Source: a virus (lineage: Duplodnaviria > Caudoviricetes). Taken from it: a DNA stretch of 37,677 nucleotides. Position numbers and translations under genes: made by a program. Below are positions 19,512-28,896 of the stretch, piece by piece. Position 1 is the first letter of the stretch. The number at the start of each line of letters is the position of its first letter. The notes under the pieces are model-generated. The model ran no database searches. It worked only from the letters and a program-made list of their open reading frames with translations, and was not told the DNA's origin. Location: positions 1 to 37,677 of IMG/VR virus record IMGVR_UViG_3300035665_000118. One strand, written 5' to 3'.

Positions 19512-19925
19512 TTATTCGCCACCCAATAGCATCTGCAACATCCGTAACTGTTTAGCGGAATCCACAACACGGCGACCAGTTTTTACACTAGGACCACCCA
19601 ACTTAGCAATTTTACCTAACGGCGCAAAGTTTGAACCAATGTATGCCGCCTGAAGCGCCAACTGTTTCTTGGACATTTTTTTACCAGTAGCCAAATCGTA
19701 ACCCAACTGACCAACACCACCAGTAGTTAATAAATCCAACCCTTTTGCAGCCTTACCAGTATTTTTGACAATACCCTGTGAAACAGCAGCATTAGCAGAA
19801 GCACCAAATTGGTTTGCCATATTAGGTTGAGTACCTTTTGGAAGGTTACCTGAAGCCATGCCAAGATACTTCAACAAAGCATCCAAATCAAAACCCTGAG
19901 ACTTCTTAGCAGGCTTCCTAGCCAC
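19512..19925 (-). CDS. Basic hypothetical protein
   Basis: K-rich; GTG start; part of the basic-protein array. Confidence 0.7.
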   Translation of the reverse strand: MARKPAKKSQGFDLDALLKYLGMASGNLPKGTQPNMANQFGASANAAVSQGIVKNTGKAAKGLDLLTTGGVGQLGYDLATGKKMSKKQLALQAAYIGSNFAPLGKIAKLGGPSVKTGRRVVDSAKQLRMLQMLLGGE

Positions 19926-19927
19926 AA

Positions 19928-20524
19928 CTACTTCTTCTTTTTACGATTCTTAATCGCTTCTTTAGCCTTAGCAGCACGGTCACTTTGACGCTTCGCAATT
20001 TTCTTAGGAGCATTAACACCACCAGCAGCCTTGGCTTCATCCATACGCTTCTGCTTCTTAGCAGCCTGAGCAAGAATTTCGTTTTCCGATTTTCCCTGCT
20101 GTTTTTGAACAAACTTAGGAATATTGTCTTTCATGCCCTTAGATTTTTTGCGTGCCTGATTAATCTGCCTAGGAGTAATCGGTTTACCTTTGCTTTCACG
20201 GATACCAAAAATAGTGTCATCGCCACCCGTAGCAATACGGTTATTTACTTGCTCACTTTTAATCATTCTGTCATAATCTCTCACCATGCGAGCAACACCC
20301 GAGCGTCTAGTTTCGGCATCTAGTTGTGTAGCACGCTTTGCTGCACGGTCAGCAGCGCTTGGGCGACCTTTCTTAAACTCTGCATATCTTTTTGCTTCAG
20401 CAGCAGAATCAGCCTTCTTGACCGCTTGACCAATCTTTCGGCTTTTCTTACCTGCGGCACGAATAGCGTTCCGAACAATATCATCCAACGGGATTTTGAT
20501 GTTTGGTTTCTTTTTACTAGCCAT
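19928..20524 (-). CDS. Highly basic K/R/A-rich protein
   Basis: Histone-H1-like composition; TAATG coupling. Confidence 0.7.
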   Translation of the reverse strand: MASKKKPNIKIPLDDIVRNAIRAAGKKSRKIGQAVKKADSAAEAKRYAEFKKGRPSAADRAAKRATQLDAETRRSGVARMVRDYDRMIKSEQVNNRIATGGDDTIFGIRESKGKPITPRQINQARKKSKGMKDNIPKFVQKQQGKSENEILAQAAKKQKRMDEAKAAGGVNAPKKIAKRQSDRAAKAKEAIKNRKKKK

Positions 20525-20811
20525 TACTTTTTGCCTTTTCTTTTATTGAAGAACGGTCCACCTTCGTTCATAATATCTCGTCGTCGTTCTGCACGATAAA
20601 ACGCTCTATCGTCTTTGGCAGAAACCATTTTGCGAGGAATTTGTTTACGGACTTGACGGTTTATGGCAGCATTTTCTACTTTACGATAAATTTTGTTTTC
20701 CGTTTTACGACTCACATTTTTAACTGCTTTTAATGCTGCCTTAGCAGCATCATCAATAAAACCCTGTGGGCGACCTACGCCATCAAATGCTTTACGAGGC
20801 TTACTTGCCAT
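20524..20811 (-). CDS. Basic protein, paralog of 20801-21001
   Basis: MASKPRKAFDGVGRPQGFIDD. Confidence 0.7.
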   Translation of the reverse strand: MASKPRKAFDGVGRPQGFIDDAAKAALKAVKNVSRKTENKIYRKVENAAINRQVRKQIPRKMVSAKDDRAFYRAERRRDIMNEGGPFFNKRKGKK

Positions 20812-21001
20812 AATACTTTTTAGCCATACTTTCTGTCTTAGCCATAGCACGGCGCTTCGTCATGCTACGAGCAACCTGTTGTTGAACCTTAGGAGACATA
20901 GCCTTCTTTGAAGCCGCTTTAGCAAGCGGTCCCACAATGTCATCTATAATGCCTTTTGGACGGGCAATGCCATCAAATGCTTTGCGTGGTTTACCAGACA
21001 T
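20801..21001 (-). CDS. Basic protein, paralog of 20524-20811
   Basis: MSGKPRKAFDGIARPKGIIDD. Confidence 0.7.
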   Translation of the reverse strand: MSGKPRKAFDGIARPKGIIDDIVGPLAKAASKKAMSPKVQQQVARSMTKRRAMAKTESMAKKYYGK

Positions 21002-21003
21002 GA

Positions 21004-21276
21004 TTATGCTTTTCTTTTTGGCTTCTTAGGCAACAAATATTTTGGTGAACGCTTTGGCATATCTTTTGGCATTGTCTTTGGCTTTGGCATCATAGGACGA
21101 ATACCACGCTTTGGTGGCATTGGTGCCAATTCTTTAGGCATACGCTGTCTTGGAGCAACACGCTTAGGTTCACGCTCATTTGGGCGAGTATCAACACCAC
21201 TCTTAGGACCCTTACGCTTTGATGGATATATTCTTTTACCGTCTGGTCTATCAAACGGATTTGGAATCTTAGGCAT
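21004..21276 (-). CDS. K/R/P/M-rich basic protein
   Basis: MPK repeats; TAATG coupling. Confidence 0.65.
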   Translation of the reverse strand: MPKIPNPFDRPDGKRIYPSKRKGPKSGVDTRPNEREPKRVAPRQRMPKELAPMPPKRGIRPMMPKPKTMPKDMPKRSPKYLLPKKPKRKA

Positions 21277-21398
21277 TAGTAACCTTTTTTAACAGACTTA
21301 CCTTTGGACTTCTTGCCCTTAGGATAGTTAGATGTTTTGGTGCCAGCCTTCGGCTTGGCATCAGCATGCGAGGACAAAATACGGTACTTAACTGGCAT
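21276..21398 (-). CDS. 40-aa basic peptide (not in ORF track)
   Basis: MPVKYRILSSHADAKPKAGTKTSNYPKGKKSKGKSVKKGY; AGGAG SD. Confidence 0.7.
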   Translation of the reverse strand: MPVKYRILSSHADAKPKAGTKTSNYPKGKKSKGKSVKKGY

Positions 21399-21417
21399 GG
21401 TTCTCCTATATTGATTA

Positions 21418-21453
21418 TGTTGGGTGAGGGGCTTTTATCCCCCCACCCAAACA
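21418..21453 (-). terminator. Strong hairpin after the capsid/decoration genes (terminator or stabiliser)
   Basis: TGTTTGGGTG...CACCCAAACA inverted repeat with inner G/C stem; no clear U-tract. Confidence 0.5.
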
Positions 21454-21459
21454 AATTAA

Positions 21460-21885
21460 TTACTTAACTGCACCACCAGAGTTTTTGCGGTACAACTGTA
21501 CTGCTGATGCTGAAGTTACAACAGCAAGGAATGTTGCTGAAGTACCATCAAATACTGTCATCAGTCCACCACCAGTGATTGTCCAACCAGTTGCGGTTGT
21601 AACAACAATCTCAAAAGAACTTGCAAGGTTCACGATTGTGAACTCAAACGAAGTTCCAACTGCTTCATCTGTCAAAGCAGCGAGCACAAGTGCGGCTGTT
21701 GGCAGGGTGAAGGTTGTGTCTTGTGTTGGTGTCGCAACAAACAACTTACTAGTAAGTAGTTGTGCTGCTGTTGGTGTTGCTGCATCGGTGATGGCTACTG
21801 CTGTAACCTTCTCGTCTGCTGTAATATAGTTTTCAAGACGCTTGCGTGTTACCGCACCGTCTGTGTCGTTACCTTTTAATGGCAT
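21460..21885 (-). CDS. Putative capsid decoration protein
   Basis: T/A-rich beta protein directly after the MCP, TLPTAA motif, AGGAG SD. Confidence 0.6.
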   Translation of the reverse strand: MPLKGNDTDGAVTRKRLENYITADEKVTAVAITDAATPTAAQLLTSKLFVATPTQDTTFTLPTAALVLAALTDEAVGTSFEFTIVNLASSFEIVVTTATGWTITGGGLMTVFDGTSATFLAVVTSASAVQLYRKNSGGAVK

Positions 21886-21914
21886 TATATTCTCCTAGTT
21901 TTGTTAGTGGTTAA

Positions 21915-22847
21915 TTAAGCGGTCTTAGCGGTAAGTTTGCCTTGCTTCTTACGGTTACGGACCGTGAGGTTACCGTAGCACATAATCAAAGCGTAGCGTG
22001 CATCCAAATCTTCTGGACGAACAAACTCTGTCTGTTGGAACCACTTAGCCGAGTGACCGACAAGTGTGAGGTACTTGGTGTTCAAGAAGAACATTGTGCC
22101 TGCAGGCGCAGCCACATCGTACATTACAGGACTAGCCTTGAACAACAGGTTCTGGAAACCAGCATCTGCAGTCTTGGTGTCTGTGTAACGAAGGTTCGGT
22201 TGCAACAAAGCCTCATACTTTTCGTACAATGTTTGTGTTGCCAAAACCACATCTGGGTGGTCGTTACCAACAGAAATTGTGTTGTAAGCAGTGTTCATTT
22301 GAGCAAGAGTCAAAGCGGTGCTTGTGTTCTCCTCGTATGAGGACCAGTAAGTGTATGTTGATGAGTTGATGTTACCAACAGTGTTACCTGACTCAACAAG
22401 GTTACCCAAGCCGTTCCAGTCTTTGCCGCTGTTACCAGTTCCGTCACCGTAGAACATTGTGTTGAAACCTTCACGCATTGATTCCTCAGCCTGCATGATT
22501 TTGGCTTCCAACAAGTTGATGATTTCTTGCTCACCGTTGTTCTTGGCTTCTTCAATACCGCTGATTGAGATTGAGCCAGCATATTGCTTCCAATCGTATT
22601 CAGCAGCCGAGATACCAGTTTGTGGTGTCAATGAAATCGTGTCATAACCTGAGTATGAACCGATTGTGTCGTTCGTTGCATAAACAAGTGGTTCAACAAT
22701 TTTTGTACCACCATTAAGCATACGGATGCGACCCTTTTCGTTCAACATGTAAGTCAGCGGGCGAGCCGTGAAAATGTTGTCCGTGAGTTGGTCACGATAA
22801 TTTGCGAGCGTTGTAGTGAGCAGCGCATCAAAGTTGCTATTTGCCAT
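21915..22847 (-). CDS. Major capsid protein
   Basis: 310 aa after the scaffold; GG.KIVEP, LF/YGDGTG...G, FLNTKY; AGGAG SD. Confidence 0.9.
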   Translation of the reverse strand: MANSNFDALLTTTLANYRDQLTDNIFTARPLTYMLNEKGRIRMLNGGTKIVEPLVYATNDTIGSYSGYDTISLTPQTGISAAEYDWKQYAGSISISGIEEAKNNGEQEIINLLEAKIMQAEESMREGFNTMFYGDGTGNSGKDWNGLGNLVESGNTVGNINSSTYTYWSSYEENTSTALTLAQMNTAYNTISVGNDHPDVVLATQTLYEKYEALLQPNLRYTDTKTADAGFQNLLFKASPVMYDVAAPAGTMFFLNTKYLTLVGHSAKWFQQTEFVRPEDLDARYALIMCYGNLTVRNRKKQGKLTAKTA

Positions 22848-22880
22848 TTTAATTTCTCCTAAAGTTGTTTGTAATGAAAA

Positions 22881-23672
22881 TTATAGTTCTGCACCAAGTT
22901 GCCGTTTAGCAGCAGCCCAAGCATCACGAATATTGGTAATAGCCTCAACAGACTCAGTAGTAGTACTCGCAGGGTTAGAACCCCCCGAAACCACAGCAGC
23001 CTGACGCTTAGCATCAACAACCGATTTCTCGGTTTGTTGTTTCTTTGCCTCAGCCTGTTTCTGAATGTTTTGTTGTGCCATAAGTTTGTCAAACATAAGT
23101 TGTTTATATGTTCCCTCTAAATCGGTTGTCCCCATCCGCAAAGCGGTTTGAACTACAAGCGGAACATCAAAATCGCTGTAACGCTGCTGAAGGTTTTGAA
23201 TTTCCCGCTCAATTTCCTGTTGAGATTGGTAATCTTCAAAAGATGCAACCCGCTTATCCAGTTCACGCATTTTCTGTTCCTGCGGGTCAAGTGATTCAAA
23301 ATCATCAACCTCGGCAGCAACAGCAGCAGCCTGTGAACGACTAATGTTATAATGCCTAGCAAGTAGGTCAATAGTCGCTTCAGGGTCACGCTCCAAAGCC
23401 GTTTGAATCGTTGCGGCATACTGCATTTGATTGCGTTGCTCCGCTAACTCTTGCGTCTTACGAGTGTAATCTGCCTGTCGTTGATAACCAGCAAGCGCTT
23501 CCGACAAAGGAACTTGTAATTCCTCACCATCTAATTTGACTCTAACTACATGATTAGCGTAGTTTTCTGTCTCCAAATATGGCATATCAGAAACTTGCGT
23601 TTCCATTCCAACATCTTCGGTTGTCCCAGTCAAGGGTTCCATGCTGTCCTGTGTTGCGATTTCATCGCTCAT
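22881..23672 (-). CDS. Scaffolding protein
   Basis: VKLDGEE..V.L.E...GYQRQADYTRKTQELAEQR; acidic coiled coil between portal and MCP. Confidence 0.85.
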   Translation of the reverse strand: MSDEIATQDSMEPLTGTTEDVGMETQVSDMPYLETENYANHVVRVKLDGEELQVPLSEALAGYQRQADYTRKTQELAEQRNQMQYAATIQTALERDPEATIDLLARHYNISRSQAAAVAAEVDDFESLDPQEQKMRELDKRVASFEDYQSQQEIEREIQNLQQRYSDFDVPLVVQTALRMGTTDLEGTYKQLMFDKLMAQQNIQKQAEAKKQQTEKSVVDAKRQAAVVSGGSNPASTTTESVEAITNIRDAWAAAKRQLGAEL

Positions 23673-23732
23673 TATGTTTTCTCCAAGAGTCCGTAAAAAA
23701 TGGTTGCTCTCATCAATAGAGAGGGCTGTTCC

Positions 23733-25457
23733 CTAAAGGATTGGAGGCTGACCTGTCTCTGCACCAAGTTCTGGTTGAGGAGGTAACGGCATGCCCTGAG
23801 GTAACTGCTCAGCACCCATAGCACCCTCAGGTGCGCCCATAGGCGCACCCGCAGGAGCCTGAGCCATGAACTGTTCAGGCGATTTGACACCAAAACCAAA
23901 CTGCAACACATGTGCAGCAAGTTTCTTCATATCAATCACACCCATGCTGGCAAACGGAGCCATAGCATCAACAAGTTGCAACGCCATCTGACGGCGGAAC
24001 GACTCGTTTTGCGGCTGAGTAGAACCAGCCTCAACCTCATAATCAAACTCGCCCTCAAGATACTCACGGTCATAATTAATCCAAACCTGCTCACCATTCT
24101 TAGTAGTGATACGAGCAACCTGCTCACCAGTCATAAACTGTTGAGTTAAAGACACCAACCGTTTAGCAACCTGTGCAACAGCCTGCTCAACAGTAGCCAA
24201 CTTGTCTGCCGTTCTAGCATTGGCTGCATCTTGAAGCAAGGACGACTCTGTAGCGGTACGGCGAATCTCGGTGCTGGCACCACGCATAAACTCTGACACA
24301 CCAGAAATACGGTCAATGTCACCAATAATCATATTGGACTGGTTATAGAACTCTGGAGGAGTAATAGTTGCAGGCAAGTTAATCAACACATTACTTAAAG
24401 GTTCATCAGTAATAACAGGCACCATAACATTGTCCTCTTGCGACTCTAATGCTGTGCGACCCAACTGGTCAAACGCCGACTCCTTGTATAGATATTTGCG
24501 GGCATACCGTTTACGATGATTCATCATCTGTGTACGGGTTTCGTTCAACTCTTTTTGCAACGGCTCAATAGCCTCAAGTTCACCTATTGGATAAAAAGTA
24601 TCTGGCACATCGTAGTCACGCAACATTACAAACGGATGACCAAACGAATATGGCATACGGGTTGGTTTAACTAAAAACTGTTCGCTGGTTTCACAAAACA
24701 CCGACATAGTTTTAGTTGTAACATCGTAGTATTCCCAAATTTCTGCGTACCCAGCCTGTGTGTCATGGATTTTGCGGCGGCTCGGGTCGTCCGAGTAGCG
24801 GCTAACAGCCATAACTGTTACAGCCTCACGGGCTGCTTTGTTGTACCGTTTATCTGACTTAACCTCATTTATTGGGCGGCGGATGCGTTGAGCAATCCAC
24901 CGCATATCAGCCATACTCGTTGCATCGGCATCAACAAACACATCCATTGGGGACACACGCTCAGCGAACGGTGAATCTTCCAAAATGATTGTATTCGTTG
25001 TGGACTCCCCACCTTCAATCGGGTCAGAAACATCTTCGTCCTGTCCAACAACTTCTTCCTCAACGAAACGGTACCCGACTTTAATCCAGCCATGACCGTA
25101 CATAATGAAATCTTTGACCGCACGGCGGAACTCTGTTTTGATATCACGATGTCTCCACCAATAGTTCACAACCGCTTCAGCAATAATTGCGTTCGGTGCG
25201 TTCTCAGGCTTTACAGCATTAACAACAATTTTAGGATAATTAATAGCAATGCTTGGACCGATAACATTGATTGTAGAAAACACCACATTGATAAGCAAAC
25301 GGTCATCATCGCTATAATGCTCATAATGGCGACCTTTATACAGGTCAGTTAAACGCTTCCAAGTGGCATCGTAGCCATCGTTTTTACGCCACCTCTTAGA
25401 GAACTCTAGTTTTTGTTTATATTGCTTAAGATACTCTGCCGATGATTTCCGTGCCAT
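23733..25457 (-). CDS. Portal protein
   Basis: 574 aa after terL; RVSP.DVFVD, SGVS...RG, RRTATE motifs of P22-like portals. Confidence 0.9.
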   Translation of the reverse strand: MARKSSAEYLKQYKQKLEFSKRWRKNDGYDATWKRLTDLYKGRHYEHYSDDDRLLINVVFSTINVIGPSIAINYPKIVVNAVKPENAPNAIIAEAVVNYWWRHRDIKTEFRRAVKDFIMYGHGWIKVGYRFVEEEVVGQDEDVSDPIEGGESTTNTIILEDSPFAERVSPMDVFVDADATSMADMRWIAQRIRRPINEVKSDKRYNKAAREAVTVMAVSRYSDDPSRRKIHDTQAGYAEIWEYYDVTTKTMSVFCETSEQFLVKPTRMPYSFGHPFVMLRDYDVPDTFYPIGELEAIEPLQKELNETRTQMMNHRKRYARKYLYKESAFDQLGRTALESQEDNVMVPVITDEPLSNVLINLPATITPPEFYNQSNMIIGDIDRISGVSEFMRGASTEIRRTATESSLLQDAANARTADKLATVEQAVAQVAKRLVSLTQQFMTGEQVARITTKNGEQVWINYDREYLEGEFDYEVEAGSTQPQNESFRRQMALQLVDAMAPFASMGVIDMKKLAAHVLQFGFGVKSPEQFMAQAPAGAPMGAPEGAMGAEQLPQGMPLPPQPELGAETGQPPIL

Positions 25458-25657
25458 TATTTCCCCTGTTGTCCCTTATGCCATCCAATATGTTCATCTA
25501 ACTTAGTTCCAACCTTATCCACTTTGGTGGCAACCTGCCTCAACAGGGTTCTAGCCTCAGCGTGTTGGCTGGTGTTTTCTGAACGAACCTTACTTAACAA
25601 CACCACTATCGGACCACCAATAACCGCAACAACGATGGGCACAATAATGGATTCCAC
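25457..25657 (-). CDS. Small membrane protein (N-terminal TM plus coiled coil)
   Basis: IIVPIVVAVIGGPIVVLL followed by an amphipathic tail ending in HI.WH. Confidence 0.7.
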   Translation of the reverse strand: MESIIVPIVVAVIGGPIVVLLSKVRSENTSQHAEARTLLRQVATKVDKVGTKLDEHIGWHKGQQGK

Positions 25658-25658
25658 A

Positions 25659-25880
25659 TTAAATCCAATTCGTCACAGGTTCCGCATTGATACCATGAAT
25701 AGCGGCATCAGCAACTTGTTTCCGTTGCCGTTCACGAACCGTAGGACCATGAAAGTCTTCTTTGCCGTAAGTGAAACCTAAATTAACGGTTTTGATATGA
25801 CAACTAAAGCAAACAGCGCCCCGTCTAGGCATTTCGTCAGCAATAAAGTTTTTTTCACAAGATTTACACACGATGTCCAT
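25659..25880 (-). CDS. Zn-ribbon protein
   Basis: CKSC...CFSC. Confidence 0.7.
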   Translation of the reverse strand: MDIVCKSCEKNFIADEMPRRGAVCFSCHIKTVNLGFTYGKEDFHGPTVRERQRKQVADAAIHGINAEPVTNWI

Positions 25881-25907
25881 ACAAATATGTAACTTCTGTT
25901 CCCAAAA

Positions 25908-27503
25908 CTAGCGCAAAGACCGCTCACGCACATTATGTGCCCCCATAGGCACCTTATTAGATGTCTGGTTACTCATCAAATGCTGCTCCCACCACAACAA
26001 ACTATTCTTGGGCACTTTCGCATCACCCCGATACTCAGGAAGCCACACATACTTCAACATCTGATTACCGATAGCCAAACTGATAGTACGGTCATCATAC
26101 GGACTACCAGACATCTTCCCATTAGGTTTACGAACATAAGTTTTTAACTCAGCCAAAGTTTTAGAGCAATAAACCTCAAGGTCAGCATTTCTTAAAGCAC
26201 CAGCCAACTCGTCAATAGCCAACGGTTTACTAGAAACCGTTGTACGCCAACCCAAAGTATCCGTAGCCTGAGGCAACACCTTAGATAGACGGCGTTGTTT
26301 ATAAAGATTACGGTAACCCAACTTTTGGGCAGCCTTAAGAGTTGTCAAACCATGATTATTGGACTCAATACCTAACAACGCAGTGTTATACCACCACGCC
26401 ATTTGAGCCAACATTTCACCAAAAATATCTGGCTCAACATGTCCATGCCACGCTGCTGCAACATAACCATTAGAAGCATTAATTATGTGAGCAGAACTAA
26501 AGTCACCGTGAGCCAAACCTTCAGCGACATCGGCGCCAACCACATAAACAGATTCTGGGTCAGGGAACTCCCACACATCAAGATTGCCGTTTTCGCTGTT
26601 ACGAAACTCCACAACATTATTTGAATAAACATGCAAATAGCCGACATCAGGTTCAACAGTTTCCATGCCGCTCAACAAATCTATATCAAATACAGGATTA
26701 CCTGACTTAATAAACGCTTCCTCTGGGAAGCGTGGATACTCTTGATGCAACTGCCAAGACACCATGTTTTTTTGTTTAATGTCATACCAGCCCTCGTCAC
26801 GGTCACCAGCAGACCAAGGAAAAAAGATACCAACAAACTGGTTTGTTTTAGTTTGCGAACCAACCCACAAATTATGAAAAAAGTTACCAGAACCATTAGC
26901 GGTGGACAAACAGATAACACGACCACCGACATCGGCAATAGGTTCAATAGACGCCCACGCTTCCTCAGGGTTTGGCAAGAACGCCATCTCGTCCACAATA
27001 ACCAAATACACTGACTCACCACGAGCAGGGTCATTACCTGACGGCAAAGACTCAATAGCGGACTCGTTACCCCAAGTCATTTTAAGTTGATGCTCAGTTG
27101 TTTGCTTAGGACCTTTTTCTTTCATCCAATACGGCAAAAACTTGTAACCATACTTAGCCTTGGATAGCAACTTCATAGCCTCACGCTCAGTTCTGGACAA
27201 CATGACAACAAATCTGTCAGACCAAAAATATGTTAGCCAAAACGCATAAGCAGCAGCCAAAGTAGAAAACCCAATCTGACGGGCTTTCAAAACAACAGAA
27301 TACCTAGATGACAACCAGATACGCACAGACTCTTTCTGTGCGTCACGCAACTGAAACAAAATCCTTGCACGCTCAGGATGTTTAATAAACCAATAGTTTT
27401 CACAAAAATAAACAAAAGCAGCCAACTGCTCATCAATGCTGGCGTTCTCTGGACCTTTACATAAACGCCATTCTTTCTCGTTTAAAAGTTCAGTTAATTC
27501 CAT
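25908..27503 (-). CDS. terL: Terminase large subunit
   Basis: LKARQIGFST Walker A, IVDEMAF Walker B, STANG, GADVAEG, ESNNHG, DD nuclease motifs. Confidence 0.95.
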   Translation of the reverse strand: MELTELLNEKEWRLCKGPENASIDEQLAAFVYFCENYWFIKHPERARILFQLRDAQKESVRIWLSSRYSVVLKARQIGFSTLAAAYAFWLTYFWSDRFVVMLSRTEREAMKLLSKAKYGYKFLPYWMKEKGPKQTTEHQLKMTWGNESAIESLPSGNDPARGESVYLVIVDEMAFLPNPEEAWASIEPIADVGGRVICLSTANGSGNFFHNLWVGSQTKTNQFVGIFFPWSAGDRDEGWYDIKQKNMVSWQLHQEYPRFPEEAFIKSGNPVFDIDLLSGMETVEPDVGYLHVYSNNVVEFRNSENGNLDVWEFPDPESVYVVGADVAEGLAHGDFSSAHIINASNGYVAAAWHGHVEPDIFGEMLAQMAWWYNTALLGIESNNHGLTTLKAAQKLGYRNLYKQRRLSKVLPQATDTLGWRTTVSSKPLAIDELAGALRNADLEVYCSKTLAELKTYVRKPNGKMSGSPYDDRTISLAIGNQMLKYVWLPEYRGDAKVPKNSLLWWEQHLMSNQTSNKVPMGAHNVRERSLR

Positions 27504-27922
27504 TATTTACCCCAAGGCTGCCAACCATTGTTGTTATGTTCCTTAGAGTATTCAAAAATTGCTAAACCAGCCTGCAAATTGATTTCAGGGTTAAACAATT
27601 CAGAACACGAATCCAAAATGCCTTGAGCCTGCAACCAGCCCTGTTTATAGTATCTGTTTGGCAAACACCAAAACTGGTTAATTTGCATTAACCCAGCAGA
27701 ACCACCATTCGGGTCAAGACTATTAAAGACCCTAGGGATGCAACGGGACTCACGCCACATCACATAATCCAACTTGGACAAATCTTTCCTAGACCAACCA
27801 ACATCTAAAGCGTCATCCAACCAATGTCCACATTTACCTACCAGTTCTTTAGAAACAGCATGCAAATGCCCAACTGGGCTGATTAACAGCATGACAAAAA
27901 CAGTAACAAACCATTTTTTCAT
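27503..27922 (-). CDS. Secreted lytic transglycosylase (SLT/Rpf-like)
   Basis: Signal peptide; RES catalytic Glu, GLMQIN, NP..N, GW.PW. Confidence 0.8.
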   Translation of the reverse strand: MKKWFVTVFVMLLISPVGHLHAVSKELVGKCGHWLDDALDVGWSRKDLSKLDYVMWRESRCIPRVFNSLDPNGGSAGLMQINQFWCLPNRYYKQGWLQAQGILDSCSELFNPEINLQAGLAIFEYSKEHNNNGWQPWGK

Positions 27923-27939
27923 AAAACCATCCTAACGGA

Positions 27940-28488
27940 TTATTGTTGAGGTTTATTTCCCACAAACTCTACAACTGCCACAGGAATATCATTTCCTGCA
28001 ACATAACGGATATGCCAAGGCTCGGATTGAACCTCGTGACTAAAACCAAACCTATCTTCATTATCTAGCAACCATTTCAAAATTTTGCCATTCGCATTAG
28101 CAACATCAACAGCCAACCCTAGCATATGGCGGCTACAAGTCTTAGGGTCGTCATTTGGTGCAGCCAACGGTGCAAAACCCTTTTTAAGCCACCACTTAAC
28201 ACCATTCCAAGTACGGGTACTAGAATTTGTTACAGGTTCCTTTTGATAGCGTTGCAAAAAACCAGCCTTCTGCTGGTCAATGCTACGAAACTGGTCACCC
28301 AAACTAGTTGGCTTCAAAACGACACCATCTACAGCAGCAGCAGCAACCATAGCATCCCAAGCATCAGCAGCACACAACTCCATCTTGCCACCACCAGAAC
28401 ATTTACGCAAAATATCTGGTTTAATCTCAGACGGCTTCTTGCCTTTAAGATGTGTGCAGAACTTTACTGCAACAACAGGATAAGACAT
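27940..28488 (-). CDS. Endolysin, M15 (VanY-like) peptidase
   Basis: R...Q, S.H..GLAVD, EPWH. Confidence 0.85.
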   Translation of the reverse strand: MSYPVVAVKFCTHLKGKKPSEIKPDILRKCSGGGKMELCAADAWDAMVAAAAVDGVVLKPTSLGDQFRSIDQQKAGFLQRYQKEPVTNSSTRTWNGVKWWLKKGFAPLAAPNDDPKTCSRHMLGLAVDVANANGKILKWLLDNEDRFGFSHEVQSEPWHIRYVAGNDIPVAVVEFVGNKPQQ

Positions 28489-28733
28489 TACTTCTTTGAA
28501 GATTTAGTACCAAAAGCAGCCGAAATTTCCTCAGATGACAATTCGCCATCAACAGAAGCCGCAGCCAACTTTTGAACAACACCAAACAACGCTGTCAGCC
28601 CAGCAACACCAGCAGACTTAACAACATCAACACCCAAAATGGCGCCACCAGTAATAATTGGTAGAGCGCTCGCAATAAACAACGAAATCAAACGCTGCCC
28701 AAGGTCCAAACTTTTTGCAATCATGTTATTCAT
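28488..28733 (-). CDS. Putative holin
   Basis: Two hydrophobic helices, charged C-terminus, adjacent to the endolysin. Confidence 0.65.
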   Translation of the reverse strand: MNNMIAKSLDLGQRLISLFIASALPIITGGAILGVDVVKSAGVAGLTALFGVVQKLAAASVDGELSSEEISAAFGTKSSKK

Positions 28734-28896
28734 TTTTATCCTTTTTTGTAAAAGTGATTATGGAATGAACCATAATCGCTGCACCTGTAAGAAAAGTTGC
28801 CTGTCTAAGAGTAGGACCAGACAAAGTAATCAAAACCATGCCAGTTCCCGCCCATGTCCACGCATTATCTACAAGATAATCCAATATGCGTTTCAT
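28726..28896 (-). CDS. 56-aa two-TM membrane protein (not in ORF track)
   Basis: MKRILDYLVDNAWTWAGTGMVLITLSGPTLRQATFLTGAAIMVHSIITFTKKDKNE; TAATG coupling to the PA14 gene. Confidence 0.7.
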   Translation of the reverse strand: MKRILDYLVDNAWTWAGTGMVLITLSGPTLRQATFLTGAAIMVHSIITFTKKDKNE

